This document shows, piece by piece, positions 17,317 to 28,638 of a DNA stretch of 64,000 nucleotides. How positions within the stretch are numbered: the stretch's first letter is position 1; every line of letters starts with the position of its first letter. Source of the stretch: Tepidisphaeraceae bacterium (GTDB taxonomy: Bacteria > Planctomycetota > Phycisphaerae > Tepidisphaerales > Tepidisphaeraceae); NCBI GenBank assembly GCA_049840775.1, contig JASGJJ010000005.1, positions 1,453,762 to 1,517,761 on the forward strand. The letters run 5' to 3'. The notes under the pieces were generated by a model. It saw only the letters and a program-made list of their open reading frames with translations, did no database searches and was not told the DNA's origin. The position numbers and the translations under genes were made by a program.

Positions 17317-20300
17317 ATGGCGGTGCGCTTTGTCCTTGGTCGGGCGGGAACGGGCAAAACCCACTTTCTGCGCGACCGCCTCGTCGAGCACGTCACGCCC
17401 GATCCACTGGCCGCCAACGTCATTTACCTCGTGCCGCGGCAGGCGACGTTCAACACCCAACGGGCGATCGCCACCGACCCGCGGCTGGGCGGCTACACGA
17501 ATGTCCGGATTGTCGCGCCGGAAGACATTGCAGAAACGGCGTTCGTGGAAAACGGCCGCCCCGCCGGCGCGAAGCTCGACGCCGTCGGGCGGTCGCTGTT
17601 GATCGGGCATTTGCTCCGGCAGTCCGGCGACACGCTCGAACACTTCCGCCGCAGCGCCGGGCGGCCGGGGCTGGCGGGGGAAATCGACACGGCGTTCTCA
17701 GAGATCGAACGCTCCGGCCGCACGCCCGCCGAACTCATCGAAGCCGCCGAAAAAGCCTCCGACGGCGACACCGCGTCCCAGCAGCTCGCCCGAAAACTTC
17801 GCGACCTGGCGTCGCTTTACGCCGCCTACCAGGCGTTTTTGATCGAACACGAATTCGATCCCTTCAAACGTCAGACCGAAGCGCCCGCCGAACTGCGGGC
17901 CTGGCCGGAAGCGAAGAACGCCCTGCTGCTCGTCGACGATTTTTATGAGTTCACCGTGTACGAGCGGCAGATCATCGTGGCACTGGCGGCAGTGGCGCGG
18001 CAGACGTTCGTGGCGCTGATGCTGAACCCCGCCGCCCCGATCGTGGCCGACCCGAATCTGCTGCCGAACGAACTCGGCCTCTTCCGTCGCACCGAAGAGG
18101 CGTACCGCCGGCTGTATTTCGCGATGAAGTCCGAAGACGTGCCGGTCGACCCGCCGCTGCTTCTTTCGGCGGATCGGCGATGGAAAAGTGCCCCGCTGCG
18201 CGCCGTCGCGCACGCGATGGACGACGCCCCGCCGAAGGCGGATTCGCCGGACGACGAGGTGCGCCTTTGCCTGGCCGCCGATGACCGCGACGAAGTGGAA
18301 GTCGCCGCCCGTGAGGTCAAGCGGCTGCTCTTCCAAGGCTATCGCCAGCGTGATATCTGCGTGCTCGCGCTCGGCGGATTCGTATGCCGCGCGGTTTGAG
18401 GCGATTTTTCGTTCGCACGGCATTTCGTATTTCCTCGACCGCCGCCGCCCGGCGGTGCATCACCCGCTGCTCCGCACCGTGCAGGCGGTCGCGCAAATCG
18501 TCCAGACACGCTGGGCGCACGACGGCGTGTTCGACCTTCTCAACGCCGGCCTGGTGGGCATTCCGCCGCGAACGATCGACCTGCTCGCCGACTACGTGAA
18601 GCAACACCGGCTGACGGCGTCGGCGTGGATGCGAGACGACGCCTGGGCGTATCAACGCCGTGATGACGACGACAAGCACCGCCTCTTCAGCGACGGCGAT
18701 CTGGCAGACGTCAACCGTGCCGCCACCTTCCTTCGCCAAGCCATCAGTCCGCTGGTAACGCCGGCCGGGGTTGAAGGGCCGAGAAAGATATCGGCACACG
18801 TCTGCGACCTGCTCGCCGCGCTGGACCGCCTGAACGTTCGGCAGGCGATTGCCGACCGAATCGAGGCGTTTCAACAGGCCGCCGAGAAGCAGCAAATCGC
18901 CAACGCCGTCGAGCGCCGCGAGGAGGAAGAGCAGGTCTGGGCACAGTTTTCCGATCTGTGCGACCGCATGCACGACCTGCTCGGCAGCGTGGAAGTCAGC
19001 GGCAGTGATTTCTTCAAATTACTGCAGACATCGCTCGACCAACTCGACCTGGCCGTTGTGCCGCCGACGATCGATCAGGTGTTGGTCGGCTCGGTCGATC
19101 GCACACGCGTCGGCGAGCCGAAGGCGGTCATCCTCGTCGGCCTGAACGAGTGCGATTTTCCGCTCTGCCAGCAGGAACGGCCGATTCTCAATGACGCCGA
19201 TCGTGTGCGACTTCTCAACGCCGGCCTGGAAGTCGAGCCGCCGACGCGCACCTCGCTGCTGTTGGAACGATTCCTCGGCTACGTCGCGCTGACTCGCGCG
19301 TCAGAACGGCTGATCCTCATCCGCACCGCACGCGATTCGCACGGGCAGGATTCGCGCGCCGTCGCCGTTCTGGACGAAGGTCGCTCACGCACTGCCCGGC
19401 ATTACGCCGCAGGCGGTGAAGACGGGCGTCGACCGGATCACGACACCAGAGCAGGCGGTGTCACACGCCCTGCTATGGGCACGCCGGCAAACCGTCTCCA
19501 TCACCGGCGATGCCGATGCGGCGATCTATGAATGGATGCGGCAATCGACCGGCGATCGCCTGCAGCAAGTTCGCCGCCTCGCCTGGCCGGGCTTGAAACA
19601 TCTGAACCGCGCGACGCTGTCGAAAGAGATCGCGCCGAAGCTCTTCGGCTCGCCACTGGAAGGCAGCGTGTCGCGCTTCGAATCCTTCGCCGCGTGCCCG
19701 TTCCAGCACTTCGCCCGTTACGGCCTGCGGCTGCAGCGGCCGCCGACGCCGGAGTTTTCGGCGATGGACCTCGGCAATCTGTATCACGCCGTGCTCGACA
19801 ATATCGTTCACGACGCGATCCAGAAGAAGATCGACTTTGCCGCCGTCGACATCACGCCGGAAAACGTGCGGCAGGTTTCCCGCGAGTTGGCGAACGAAAT
19901 CGCCGACCAGCTTTTCCTCGCCGACGCGCAGCCGCTTCACGCTCGAACAACTTGACCGCACCGTCACCAAGCTGTTGCGTGCCCAGCAGGTGAGCTCCGG
20001 CATCGGCCGAATGCGGCCGGCGTTTACGGAGCTGGTCTTCGGCCCGAACGAAACGCTGCCCGCCGTCGAACTCAACACGCCGGCCGGCAATGCCGTGCGA
20101 ATCCGCGGGAAGATTGACCGCATCGACACCGATACGCACCAGTCCGCCTATTCAGTCATCGATTACAAACTCACCGGCGATTCGCTCGATTTCGGCTACG
20201 TGGTTCACGGCCTGATGTTGCAGCTGTTGACCTATCTGCTCGTCCTCCGCGAGCACGGCCCGACGCTGTTCGCCCGCCCGCTGCAGCCGGCGGCAGCGCT

Positions 20301-20777
20301 CTACGTGAAAGTGCTACGCGGCACGAAAAGCGTCGAACACCCGCAGCAATCGCCGACGCCTGACGAAGAGGCGTTTCACTTGAAAGAAAAGCCCCGCGGC
20401 GTTGTCACACGCGGCCATGTCGGCGACCTTGATCCCGATCTGGGCGACGCCGGCGCCAGCCGCGTGGTGAGTTACAAGGTGAAACAAAACGGCGAATTCT
20501 ACGTCTCCGGCAACGACGGCATCGACGACGCCGTGCTTAACGATGTCATTGATTACGTCCGCACCATCATCGCGGACCTGGCCGACAACATTCTCAGCGG
20601 CAACATCGCGGTGTTGCCGTACCTCATCAACCGCGAAACGGCCTGCCAGCGGTGTGATCTGCAGCGGGTTTGTCGCATCGACCGCTCGCTGAACCAATAT
20701 CAGAAGCTGCCGTCGCTGCGCGCGAGGAAGCGCTCGCCCTCATCCGCAACGCGAAAGGCGGCCCGCTTGAAGCCTGA
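17317..20777 (+). CDS. addB: AddB/RexB-type helicase-nuclease subunit with an Fe-S nuclease domain; about 4 apparent frameshifts
   Basis: ORFs 17272..18399, 18188..19531, 19416..19955 and the first ~300 codons of 19837..24174 are colinear. The Walker A motif is MAVRFVLGRAGTGKTHF. The C-terminal RecB-type nuclease with 4 Cys reads FESFAACPFQHF..GKIDRIDT..SVIDYKLTG..CQRCDLQRVC. Frame changes lie at ~18368, ~19358, ~19928 and ~20725. After the last, the reading ..EEALALIRNAKGGPLEA ends at TGA 20775-20777. Confidence 0.8.
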
Positions 20778-23700
20778 TTTTACGCCAGACCAGCTCCGCG
20801 CGGTCCGAACTGAACATCGCAATCTGCTGGTTTCCGCGGCCGCCGGAAGTGGCAAGACCGAAGTGCTGGCGGCCCGGTGCGCACACCTCGTCTGCGACGC
20901 CTCGCCGCCGTGTAATGCGGACGAATTGCTGGTCGTCACTTTCACCGTGGCCGCCGCCGAAGAGATGCGAAGCCGCATCGGCAAAAAGCTCAACGAACGC
21001 GCCGCCGGCAGCGCCGACACGCGGCTGCTGCGCCAGCCGATGCTCCTGGCGGGCGCACAGATCGGGACGATTCACAGCCTGTGCAATTCGATCCTTCGCC
21101 GCCATTTTCACGAGGCCGCGCTTGATCCGAACTTCCGGCTGCTCGACGAAGACGAAGCGCGATTGCTCCGCCAGGACATCGCCGAAGACGTCGTCGAGCG
21201 GCGTCTGGAAACAGAAAACCCCGAGCCGATCGTTCGATTGCTGGAAACCTACGCCGGCGGGTCGACGCGCCGGCTCATCGGCACGCTGCTGGCGATGCAC
21301 GGGCGCCTGAGCAGCCTGTGCGATCCGCCGCAATGGCTCGCCGAGCGACGCCTGCGGCTCGAAGAGGCCAGCCGCCTGCCGCTGCGCGAATCCGAACTCG
21401 GCCGAAAAATGCTGGGCATTCTCGCCGAGCGGCTGGACTCGGTCCTCAACGCCGCCGAGCGATTGCGGGCCAATCTCCGCAACGCAGGTGCATCGGCTTA
21501 CGCGCAGCCCGCGAATGATTTCCTGGCAGCGGCCGGGGTATGGAAACAGGCGCTCGCGGACCGCTCTTTCGACCAGGCCGCCGACATCATCCGCAGTACT
21601 GAATTTGCCCGCCTGCCGACCGTTAAAGATGCCGCCATCCGTGAGCGTTACAAGCCGGCCGTTGATGCGGTGAAAGAGGCGCTGCAGGATTTCAAGAAGA
21701 CCAGCCTGTTGCTTTACACCGAAGAGGAGCTGCAAACCGAACTCGGGCGAACGCTCTGGGCGGTCGACGCACTCGCCGCGCTGACAGACGCATTCGCCGA
21801 CCGCTACGCCGCAGCCAAGCGTGAGATCAATTCGCTCGATTTTTCAGACCTCGAACGCTTCACCCTGCGCCTTCTTCGCGACACCGTCACCGGCGGCCCC
21901 ACGCCAATCGCCGAAGACTATCAACGGCATTTCAAGCACGTTCTGGCCGACGAATATCAGGACGTGAATGAACTGCAGGACACGCTCATCAAGCTCTTGT
22001 CGCGCGAAGCCGACGGGAATTTATTCTGCGTCGGCGACGTGAAGCAGAGCATTTACCGCTTCCGCCAGGCCGACCCGGCACGGTTCATTGCGAGGTCTGA
22101 ACGGTACAGCGCCGAGCCGCCGCGCGACGGCGACGTCATTAACATGCGGATGAACTTCCGCTCGCGTGGCCCGTTGCTGGAAACGCTGAACCTGGTCTTC
22201 GAATCGCTGATGACGGTCGCCACCGCCGAGGTGGATTACGACGACTCGCAACGGCTGGTTCCGGGCGCGACTTTTCCGGAATCGCCGGACGGCTTCAGCG
22301 GCAAACCGATCGAGCTGCACGTCATCGAGCGTAAACCGGCCGCCGAGGTGTCGGACTACGACGCCGACGAGCGTGAGGCCGCACTCGTGGCCGAGCGGAT
22401 TCTGGAACTGACGGGCAAGACCGGCAAAGCGCCGGCGATGGTCGCCGATCGCAATGGATCGCAGCGCCCCGCCGACGCCGGCGATTTCGCCGTGCTGCTG
22501 CGCACGGTTCGCGTGAAGACCGAGCGTTACGCGTCTGCCCTTCGCCGCGCGGGCATTCCGGTACTGGCCGACAGTACGACGGGGTTTTTCAATTCGCCGG
22601 AAATTCGCGACGTGCTCTGTGCCCTGCGGCTGATCGAGAACCAACGCAGCGAGTACGACCTGGCCGGCCATCTGCGGTCGCCGCTCTGCCAGTGGGACGC
22701 GCCGGAAGACCGCATGGCGGCGATCCGCATCGCCTATCCTGCGTCGGTCGTGCCGTGGTTTCATCGGGCGGCGGCACGCTACGCGAACGAAAAAACGGAC
22801 GCTTTGTCGGACGATTTACGAAAAGTCTTTGATCGCCTGAATCGCTGGCGGCAGGCCGCGGCGGAGCGGTCTGTTGCCGACGTGCTTTGGCAGGTGCTGG
22901 AAGAGACGCAGTACGCCGTTTTCGTCGCCGGTCTGCCGGACGGCGAACAGCGGATGGCGAACCTCAATAACCTGCACGAGCGTGCCAAGGCGTTCGACCG
23001 CTTCCGCCGCCCGACCCTTTCCCGGTTCCTGCACTACCTCAGCGAACTCGAAGAACAGGCCGATCTCGGCATGCCGTCGCTGGCGAGCGGGCAGCAACGC
23101 GCCGTGCGCGTGATGAGCATCCATAAAAGCAAAGGCCTGGAGTTCCCGATCGTCATCCTGCCCGACCTCGGCAAGGAATTTAACCTCCGCGAAGCCGGCG
23201 ACATGATCCTGTTCGATGACACGATCGGCATCGGCCTGCGGGCGGTGGACCTCGACCGCGAAGTCCATTACCCGTCGCTGGCCAGCACGGTGGCGCAGCA
23301 CGAAATCCGCCGGCGGTCGCTCGCGGAAGAACTCCGCGTGCTTTACGTCGGCGCGACACGCGCCCGTGAAAAACTCATCCTCATCGGCAGCGCTGACGCC
23401 GCCAAACCGCAAGCCTGGGACGACGCCTGGCAAGGCCACCGCGGGCCGATTCCCGCCGGCGACGTGCTCGGCGCGCGGTCGATGCTCGACTGGCTGGGCA
23501 TGGCGGCGGCGAAGGCGGTTTCGATCGACCCGGCCGCATTCGATCGCCGTGTTTACACGTCTGAAGAGATCGACCAACTCGCCGCCGGTGTGCTAACGCC
23601 GAACAGCCGGAACGACGCGCCTTCGCTGCTGGCCGACCTGCAGCCGCTGCCGACACCGCCCAAGCCGTCGGCCGAAGTTCGGCGTGCCATTCAGCGGCTT

Positions 23701-24388
23701 GAGTTCACGTACAACGATCAAAAGTTCAGCACGCAGCCCGCTGTCGCCACGGTCACGCAGCTCACCAAATCCGGCCGCGGCACGACGGGCAGTGAGAGCG
23801 CATCGACGGCCGATGTTGTGAAGTTCAGCGCCATTCTCAGGCCCGCGCGGTGTGTCACGCCCGATCGCCAACTGTCACCGGCCGACCGCGGGTCGCTCAC
23901 GCACGTCGTGCTGCAACGCCTGGATTTTGCGGGCGATACGTCACCGGATGGCATTGCGCGCAGGTGCGGAATCTCGTCGAACGCCGATTCATTCGCGCTG
24001 ACGTTGCCGAGCAGGTGGATGTCGATCAGGTCGTCTGGTTCGCCGAAACCGACCTCGGCCGCCGCTGCCGTGCCGCCGGCAATCGGCTGCGACGGGAATT
24101 CGAAATCGTCTACTCGCAACCCGTCGACGGCGACACGTCGCCCGGCGGCTGATGATGGTCCGCGGCCGAATTGATGCGATGCTGATCGACGACGACGGCC
24201 TGGTTCTGATCGATTACAAGACCGACCGCGTCACGCACCACACCCTGCCCGGCCGCGTGGAGTTTTACCGCCCGCAGGTCGACGCCTACTGCCGACAACT
24301 CCAGCGCGTCACCGGCCGGCCGGTGACGGCGGCGTACCTGGTCTTCACGTCGGTTCGTGAAATTGTTACCGTCGGACAGACCGAATGA
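20767..24388 (+). CDS. addA: AddA/RecB-type ATP-dependent helicase-nuclease; two apparent frameshifts
   Basis: TTG 20767 is in frame with ORF 19837..24174: KPDFTPDQLRAV..LLVSAAAGSGKTEVL (Walker A), VLADEYQDVNELQ, VMSIHKSKGLEFPIV and LYVGATRAREKLIL. The C-terminal nuclease GRIDAMLIDDDGLVLIDYKTD is recovered from ORFs 23850..24152 and 24152..24388, with frame changes at ~23955 and ~24148. Confidence 0.8.
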
Positions 24389-25584
24389 CACTCCCTTATT
24401 TCATCGAAGACCTCGCCGGCATCGGCGGCACGCTCAAGCAGCGGCCGGAAGATTTTGTCGTCCACGAAGTGCCCCGCTACGAACCCTGCGGCGACGGCGA
24501 ACACGTCATGGCCGAGATCGAAAAAACGGGCCTCAGCACGATCGACATGGTCGACCTGCTGTCGCGGCGACTGAAAGTCCACCGCCGCGACATCGGCTAC
24601 GCCGGCCTGAAAGACACCGCGGCCGTCACGCGGCAGTGGGTCACGCTGCGCGGCACCACGCCCGAAGCCGTCGTCGACGTCAGCGGCGACAAGCTCAAGG
24701 TGCTTTACGTCGATCGTCACCGCAACAAGCTGCGTCTGGGTCACCTGGCGGGCAATCGGTTCACGATCAAAATTCGCGACGTCGACCCGATGAAAGTCGT
24801 CACGCTCACGCTGGCGCTGCGAACGCTCGCGCGCCGCGGAATGCCGAACTATTTCGGCCCGCAACGCTTCGGCCGTCGCGACCTCAACGACGAACTCGGC
24901 CTCGCGCGGCTCCGCGGCGATCAAGCCGGCGTGCTGCGCCTGCTGCTCGGCGGGCCCCGTGAAACCGACGACGCCGACGAACACGCCGCCCGTTCGGCGT
25001 ACGAAGCCGGTGACACTAAAACCGCCCTCGAACGCTGGCCCCGCCGTGGGAAAGACGAGCGCGACGCGTTACGCCGTTTGAACGACGGCAAACCCGTTGA
25101 GGCGGTCGCCAGTGCGATCGATTCGCGCGTCGTCGACCTCTGGATGTCGGCCGTTCAATCGCGGCTCTTTAACGCAACGGTGGCGGCACGAATCAAGCAA
25201 CTTGATGAGATTCTCGACGGCGAAATCGCATACAAACACAACGGCGGCGCCGTCTTCCGCGTTGAAAGCGCCGTTGCCGAACGCGAGCGGGCCGAGCGGT
25301 TTGAGATCAGTCCGACGGGCCCGCTTGTCGGTTCGAAAATGATGGTTCCGGCGTCAGTCGCTGGAGACGTTGAGAAGGAAGTGCTCGCCGCGGCGGGCGT
25401 GGCAAGCGGCCTCGACGCCATGCCCCTGCCCGGCAGCCGCCGCCCGCTGCGGGTGCGGCCCGAAGAGTTGCACGCCGAGTCGGGCATCGACGAGCACGGC
25501 CCGTACATTTCGCTCGCGTTCATGCTGCCCGCCGGCTCGTACGCCACCGTGCTGTTGCGGGAAATCATGCGGAATGACGCGTGA
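24385..25584 (+). CDS. truD: tRNA pseudouridine(13) synthase
   Basis: The ORF is 399 aa. It reads ..LKQRPEDFVVHEV..IGYAGLKDTAAVTRQWVTL..NYFGPQRFG.. Its ATG overlaps the addA stop (ATGA). Confidence 0.88.
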   Translation: MTLPYFIEDLAGIGGTLKQRPEDFVVHEVPRYEPCGDGEHVMAEIEKTGLSTIDMVDLLSRRLKVHRRDIGYAGLKDTAAVTRQWVTLRGTTPEAVVDVSGDKLKVLYVDRHRNKLRLGHLAGNRFTIKIRDVDPMKVVTLTLALRTLARRGMPNYFGPQRFGRRDLNDELGLARLRGDQAGVLRLLLGGPRETDDADEHAARSAYEAGDTKTALERWPRRGKDERDALRRLNDGKPVEAVASAIDSRVVDLWMSAVQSRLFNATVAARIKQLDEILDGEIAYKHNGGAVFRVESAVAERERAERFEISPTGPLVGSKMMVPASVAGDVEKEVLAAAGVASGLDAMPLPGSRRPLRVRPEELHAESGIDEHGPYISLAFMLPAGSYATVLLREIMRNDA

Positions 25585-25586
25585 AT

Positions 25587-26327
25587 CTAGCGGGCCGTGT
25601 AAGTGATGAATGGCATGACCGGCACGAAGCCGGCGTGGTTCAGCCAGGCCTCGGCGGCGGTGTTTTCGTTCGTGCTCGTCGCAAAAACGTCGAGCAATTG
25701 CGACCGCGCGGCAAGGTCGACCAAACGGTTCAACACGGCCACGCCCAAACCGCTGCGGCACTCTGCGGGCTCGACAAACGCGTCGCAAACCAGCCCGACC
25801 TGCCCGCGACTCTGCATCCCCGCCACGGCGAGCGGCATGCCGTCACGTAGCAGGACGAAGGCGTCATAATGCGGGTCATCGAGGTGGGAAAGCAGGTCAA
25901 GATCCGTACGCGCTTCGCACCACCGAGTGACAGCCGCCATCGCGGCGCGGGCGGGCAAAATAACGCCGGCGGAAGCTTTATCGGTGGCGGGCCGGGCGTT
26001 CGTCAGCCGCACGAGTTGGCCGGCGATTGAGTGCCAGCCTGCCGCGCGGAGAACGCCGTCGCTGGCGTGGCCGCCGGTGGAAATCACGCTGCCGCTGACG
26101 GCGATCCTCGTGACAAAGTCCGCCATGTCAGCGCGGCCGGTGGCGTCGAGTTCCGCCCAGACGAGTTCGGGTTTTGAATCAAGGGCGGCGTGCCTGACGA
26201 CCGCCCGGCCGCCGGCGACGTCCGTCGCTTCGCCGAGCGCCAGCGCGTGATCGAATGCGACGTCCACGTATCGCCGCCAGAGCGTTTCGGGCGATGCGAT
26301 TCGGCCCGCCATCACGGGGAGTTTCAT
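25587..26327 (-). CDS. GNAT-family N-acetyltransferase (C-terminal GNAT fold)
   Basis: The ORF is 246 aa. The C-terminal half reads ..VCDAFVEPAECRSGLGVAVLNRLVDLAARS..ENTAAEAWLNHAGFVPV (acetyl-CoA motif A-like). It overlaps dtd by 4 nt. Confidence 0.6.
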   Translation of the reverse strand: MKLPVMAGRIASPETLWRRYVDVAFDHALALGEATDVAGGRAVVRHAALDSKPELVWAELDATGRADMADFVTRIAVSGSVISTGGHASDGVLRAAGWHSIAGQLVRLTNARPATDKASAGVILPARAAMAAVTRWCEARTDLDLLSHLDDPHYDAFVLLRDGMPLAVAGMQSRGQVGLVCDAFVEPAECRSGLGVAVLNRLVDLAARSQLLDVFATSTNENTAAEAWLNHAGFVPVMPFITYTAR

Positions 26328-26785
26328 CGGCCGGCCTCGGGTTTGCGTGGCGATTGCACGATAAACGTGCTCGGGCCGTCGTTTTCGATCTGTACGATCA
26401 TGTCTGCGCCAAATTCACCGGTGGCGACCGGCACGCCGGTATCGCGAACGACGGCGACGAACCGGTCGAACATCGGCCGGGCGAGGTCGGGCTTCATGGC
26501 GGTTTCGAATGTCGGCCGCCGGCCGGCCGCGGTGACGGCGGCGACAGTGAAATTGCTCACCAGCAGCACGCCGCCGCCGACCTGCGAAACGTCCAGGTGA
26601 TACGCCTTGTCGCCGTCCGCAAAAATGCGCAGGGCGATAAGTTTATTGGCGACCCATTTGAGTTCGGCATCGGTGTCGCCGGCTTCGATCGACGCCAGCA
26701 CGCAGAGGCCGTGATTGATTTTTCCGACGACAGAATCGCCGATCGTCACTGAAGCCGATCGCACGCGTTGCACGACGGCGATCAT
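26324..26785 (-). CDS. dtd: D-aminoacyl-tRNA deacylase
   Basis: MIAVVQRVRSASVTIGDSVVGKINHGLCVLASI..VSNFTVAA..RPTF..GEFGADMIVQIENDGPSTF. This is the typical DTD layout. Confidence 0.9.
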   Translation of the reverse strand: MIAVVQRVRSASVTIGDSVVGKINHGLCVLASIEAGDTDAELKWVANKLIALRIFADGDKAYHLDVSQVGGGVLLVSNFTVAAVTAAGRRPTFETAMKPDLARPMFDRFVAVVRDTGVPVATGEFGADMIVQIENDGPSTFIVQSPRKPEAGR

Positions 26786-28149
26786 CGCAGCACCGTCCCG
26801 TGCACGCGGCCGGCGGTGACGCGGTCGACGCGTGTCTTGACGAGGTCGCCGGGTTTTGCGTCGGTATCTTCGAAATGGACTTCAAAATACCGCTCGCACC
26901 GCCCGTGCGGCGGCTGGCCGGGCTTGGAGTGCTCGACGAGCACCTCGACCGTTTCGCCAATAAAACCGCCGGCGAATTCGCTTGCGAATTGATTGGCGGT
27001 GCTGGCGCAGGGTGTCCATGCGGGCGTCGGTGACGGCGGTCGGAATGGCTTTGCCGGTCCACCGGGCCGCGGCGGTGTTCGGGCGACGGCTGTAGGGGAA
27101 GGCGTGAATGTGCAGGAACTTCGCGTGATCCACCACGGCCACGGTTTCTTCGAACGATTCATCGGTTTCGCCCGGGAAGCCGGCGATGATGTCGGTCGTG
27201 AGGGCCGGGCGGTCGAAGGCGTCGCGCAGGGCGTCGACCATGTCGATGAACTGCCCGCGGCCGTACTGGCGGTTCATCTTTCGCAGCACGGCATCGCTGC
27301 CACTCTGCAACGGCAGGTGAAAGTGCGGCACGATCTGCGGGTGTTGTTTGAACTCCGCGATCAAGGCGTCGTCCAGATCGCCGGGCTCCATGCTGCTGAG
27401 CCGCAACCGGGCCAGGCCATTCACTTTTGTGCAGAGCGCACGGACGAGCGATTGGAGCGGCTTTTCGCCGGCGGGCTGGCGACGCCGCAGCGCCGTCGGC
27501 TGGCCGAACGCGCCGAGGAAAATGCCGGTGAGCACAATCTCACGATGCCCGGCATTGACGAGGGCCTGGGCTTCTTCGACGGCGTCGGCGGCGGTTTTGC
27601 TCCAGAGCGTCGGCCGGAGTTGGGGGATGATGCAGTAGGTGCAGTGGGCGTCGCAGCCGTCTTGCACTTTCAGGAACGCGCGCTGGTGCGTCGCCTGGCG
27701 TTCGCCGAGCTGAGGCAGGCTCATCATGCCCCGGCCGGACGATACCGCCGTTGCGGCAGTCTTCGGCAGCCAATCGTTTAAAAGATTCGTGAGTCGCGAT
27801 TGAATGTCATCAGTGTGGCCGAGCACGGCGGCGACGCCGGGAAGCGCCTCAGCGGCGGCGCGGTCGCTTTCCGCCCAGCAGCCGGTGACGATAACTTTGG
27901 CGTCGCCGGCGTCGATGCCGGGCACCGTCTCTTCACGCTGGCCGAGCACGGGCAATCGCGTCGCCCGGCGGACGGTCTGACGGCTTTTCACCGCGGCTTC
28001 GGTGGTCACGCTGCAGGTGTGAACGACCCGCACGTCGCCCGCCGGGGCGGCCACCTGCGTGAGGCCGCGCAGCGCAGCACGGCCGCGATCTGTTCGGATT
28101 CGTAGTGATTGACGCGACAGCCGAGTGTCGCCACAGAAAACGTCTTCAT
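26782..28149 (-). CDS. mtaB: Radical SAM methylthiotransferase (MtaB-like, with TRAM domain); two apparent frameshifts
   Basis: ATG 28149 gives MKTFSVATLGCRVNHYESEQIAAVLR. After a frame change at ~28080 it enters ORF 26882..28240 (..KVQDGCDAHCTYCIIP.. CxxxCxxC, HFHLPLQSGSD). After a frame change at ~27000 it enters ORF 26782..27162, the TRAM-like ..ANQFASEFAGGFIGETVEVLVEH... It overlaps dtd by 4 nt. Confidence 0.75.
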
Positions 28150-28202
28150 CGGATTTCGCCCCGGGCCGACTCGCGGCTAAACTACGGGGCAAGAGAAAGT
28201 TT

Positions 28203-28562
28203 ATGACAACTGCCGACCAGCCCCAAACGCCGTCCCACATTCAATACGACGATTTCGCCAAAGTTCAGCTGCGCGTCGCCACGATTATCAAGGCCGAGCC
28301 CGTTGAGAAGAGCAAAAAACTGATGCGCCTGCAAGTCGACCTCGGCGACGAGCAACGCCAAATCCTGGCGGGCATCAAAGAGCATTACACGGCCGAGGCG
28401 CTCGTCGGCAAGCAGATCGTCGTCGTGGTGAACCTCGCCCCGCGGGAAGTCATCAAGGGCGAAGTCAGCAACGGCATGCTGCTGGCCGCCAGCGACGCCA
28501 GCGGCAAGCTGTGCGTGGTGTCGCCGTCAGACGCCATCGCCGCCGGGGCTTCGGTTCGGTAA
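28203..28562 (+). CDS. tRNA-binding (CsaA / EMAP-II-like OB-fold) protein
   Basis: It uses ATG 28203 inside ORF 28125..28562. It reads ..DFAKVQLRVATIIKAEPVEKSKKLMRLQVDLGDEQRQILAGIKEHY..LVGKQIVVVVNLAPREVIKGEVSNGMLLAA.. Confidence 0.8.
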   Translation: MTTADQPQTPSHIQYDDFAKVQLRVATIIKAEPVEKSKKLMRLQVDLGDEQRQILAGIKEHYTAEALVGKQIVVVVNLAPREVIKGEVSNGMLLAASDASGKLCVVSPSDAIAAGASVR

Positions 28563-28566
28563 TTCA

Positions 28567-28638
28567 TTTGCGATTTTTGATTTGCGATTGGAATACGGGC
28601 CGACCTGTTTACCAATCGCAAATCGCAAATCAAAAATC
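28567..28638. repeat. AT-rich imperfect palindrome built from GATTTGC/GATTTTT heptamers, abutting the recN start
   Basis: GATTTGCGATTGG (28579-28591) pairs perfectly with CCAATCGCAAATC (28612-28624). The flanking heptamer units TTTGCGA/TTTTTGA on the left and GCAAATC/AAAAATC on the right are offset by one unit. The recN ATG is at 28639. Confidence 0.75.

Noticed and set aside
16200-17948. 582-aa ORF on the plus strand
   Set aside because: It is antisense to hemB and out of frame with addB. Its composition is R/A/G/P-rich and low in complexity. hemB and addB explain the region.
19837-24174. Single 1445-aa protein, as suggested by the ORF track
   Set aside because: It is a composite of the AddB C-terminus, full AddA and an out-of-frame tail. 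It is better explained as two genes plus frame changes (see features and finding).
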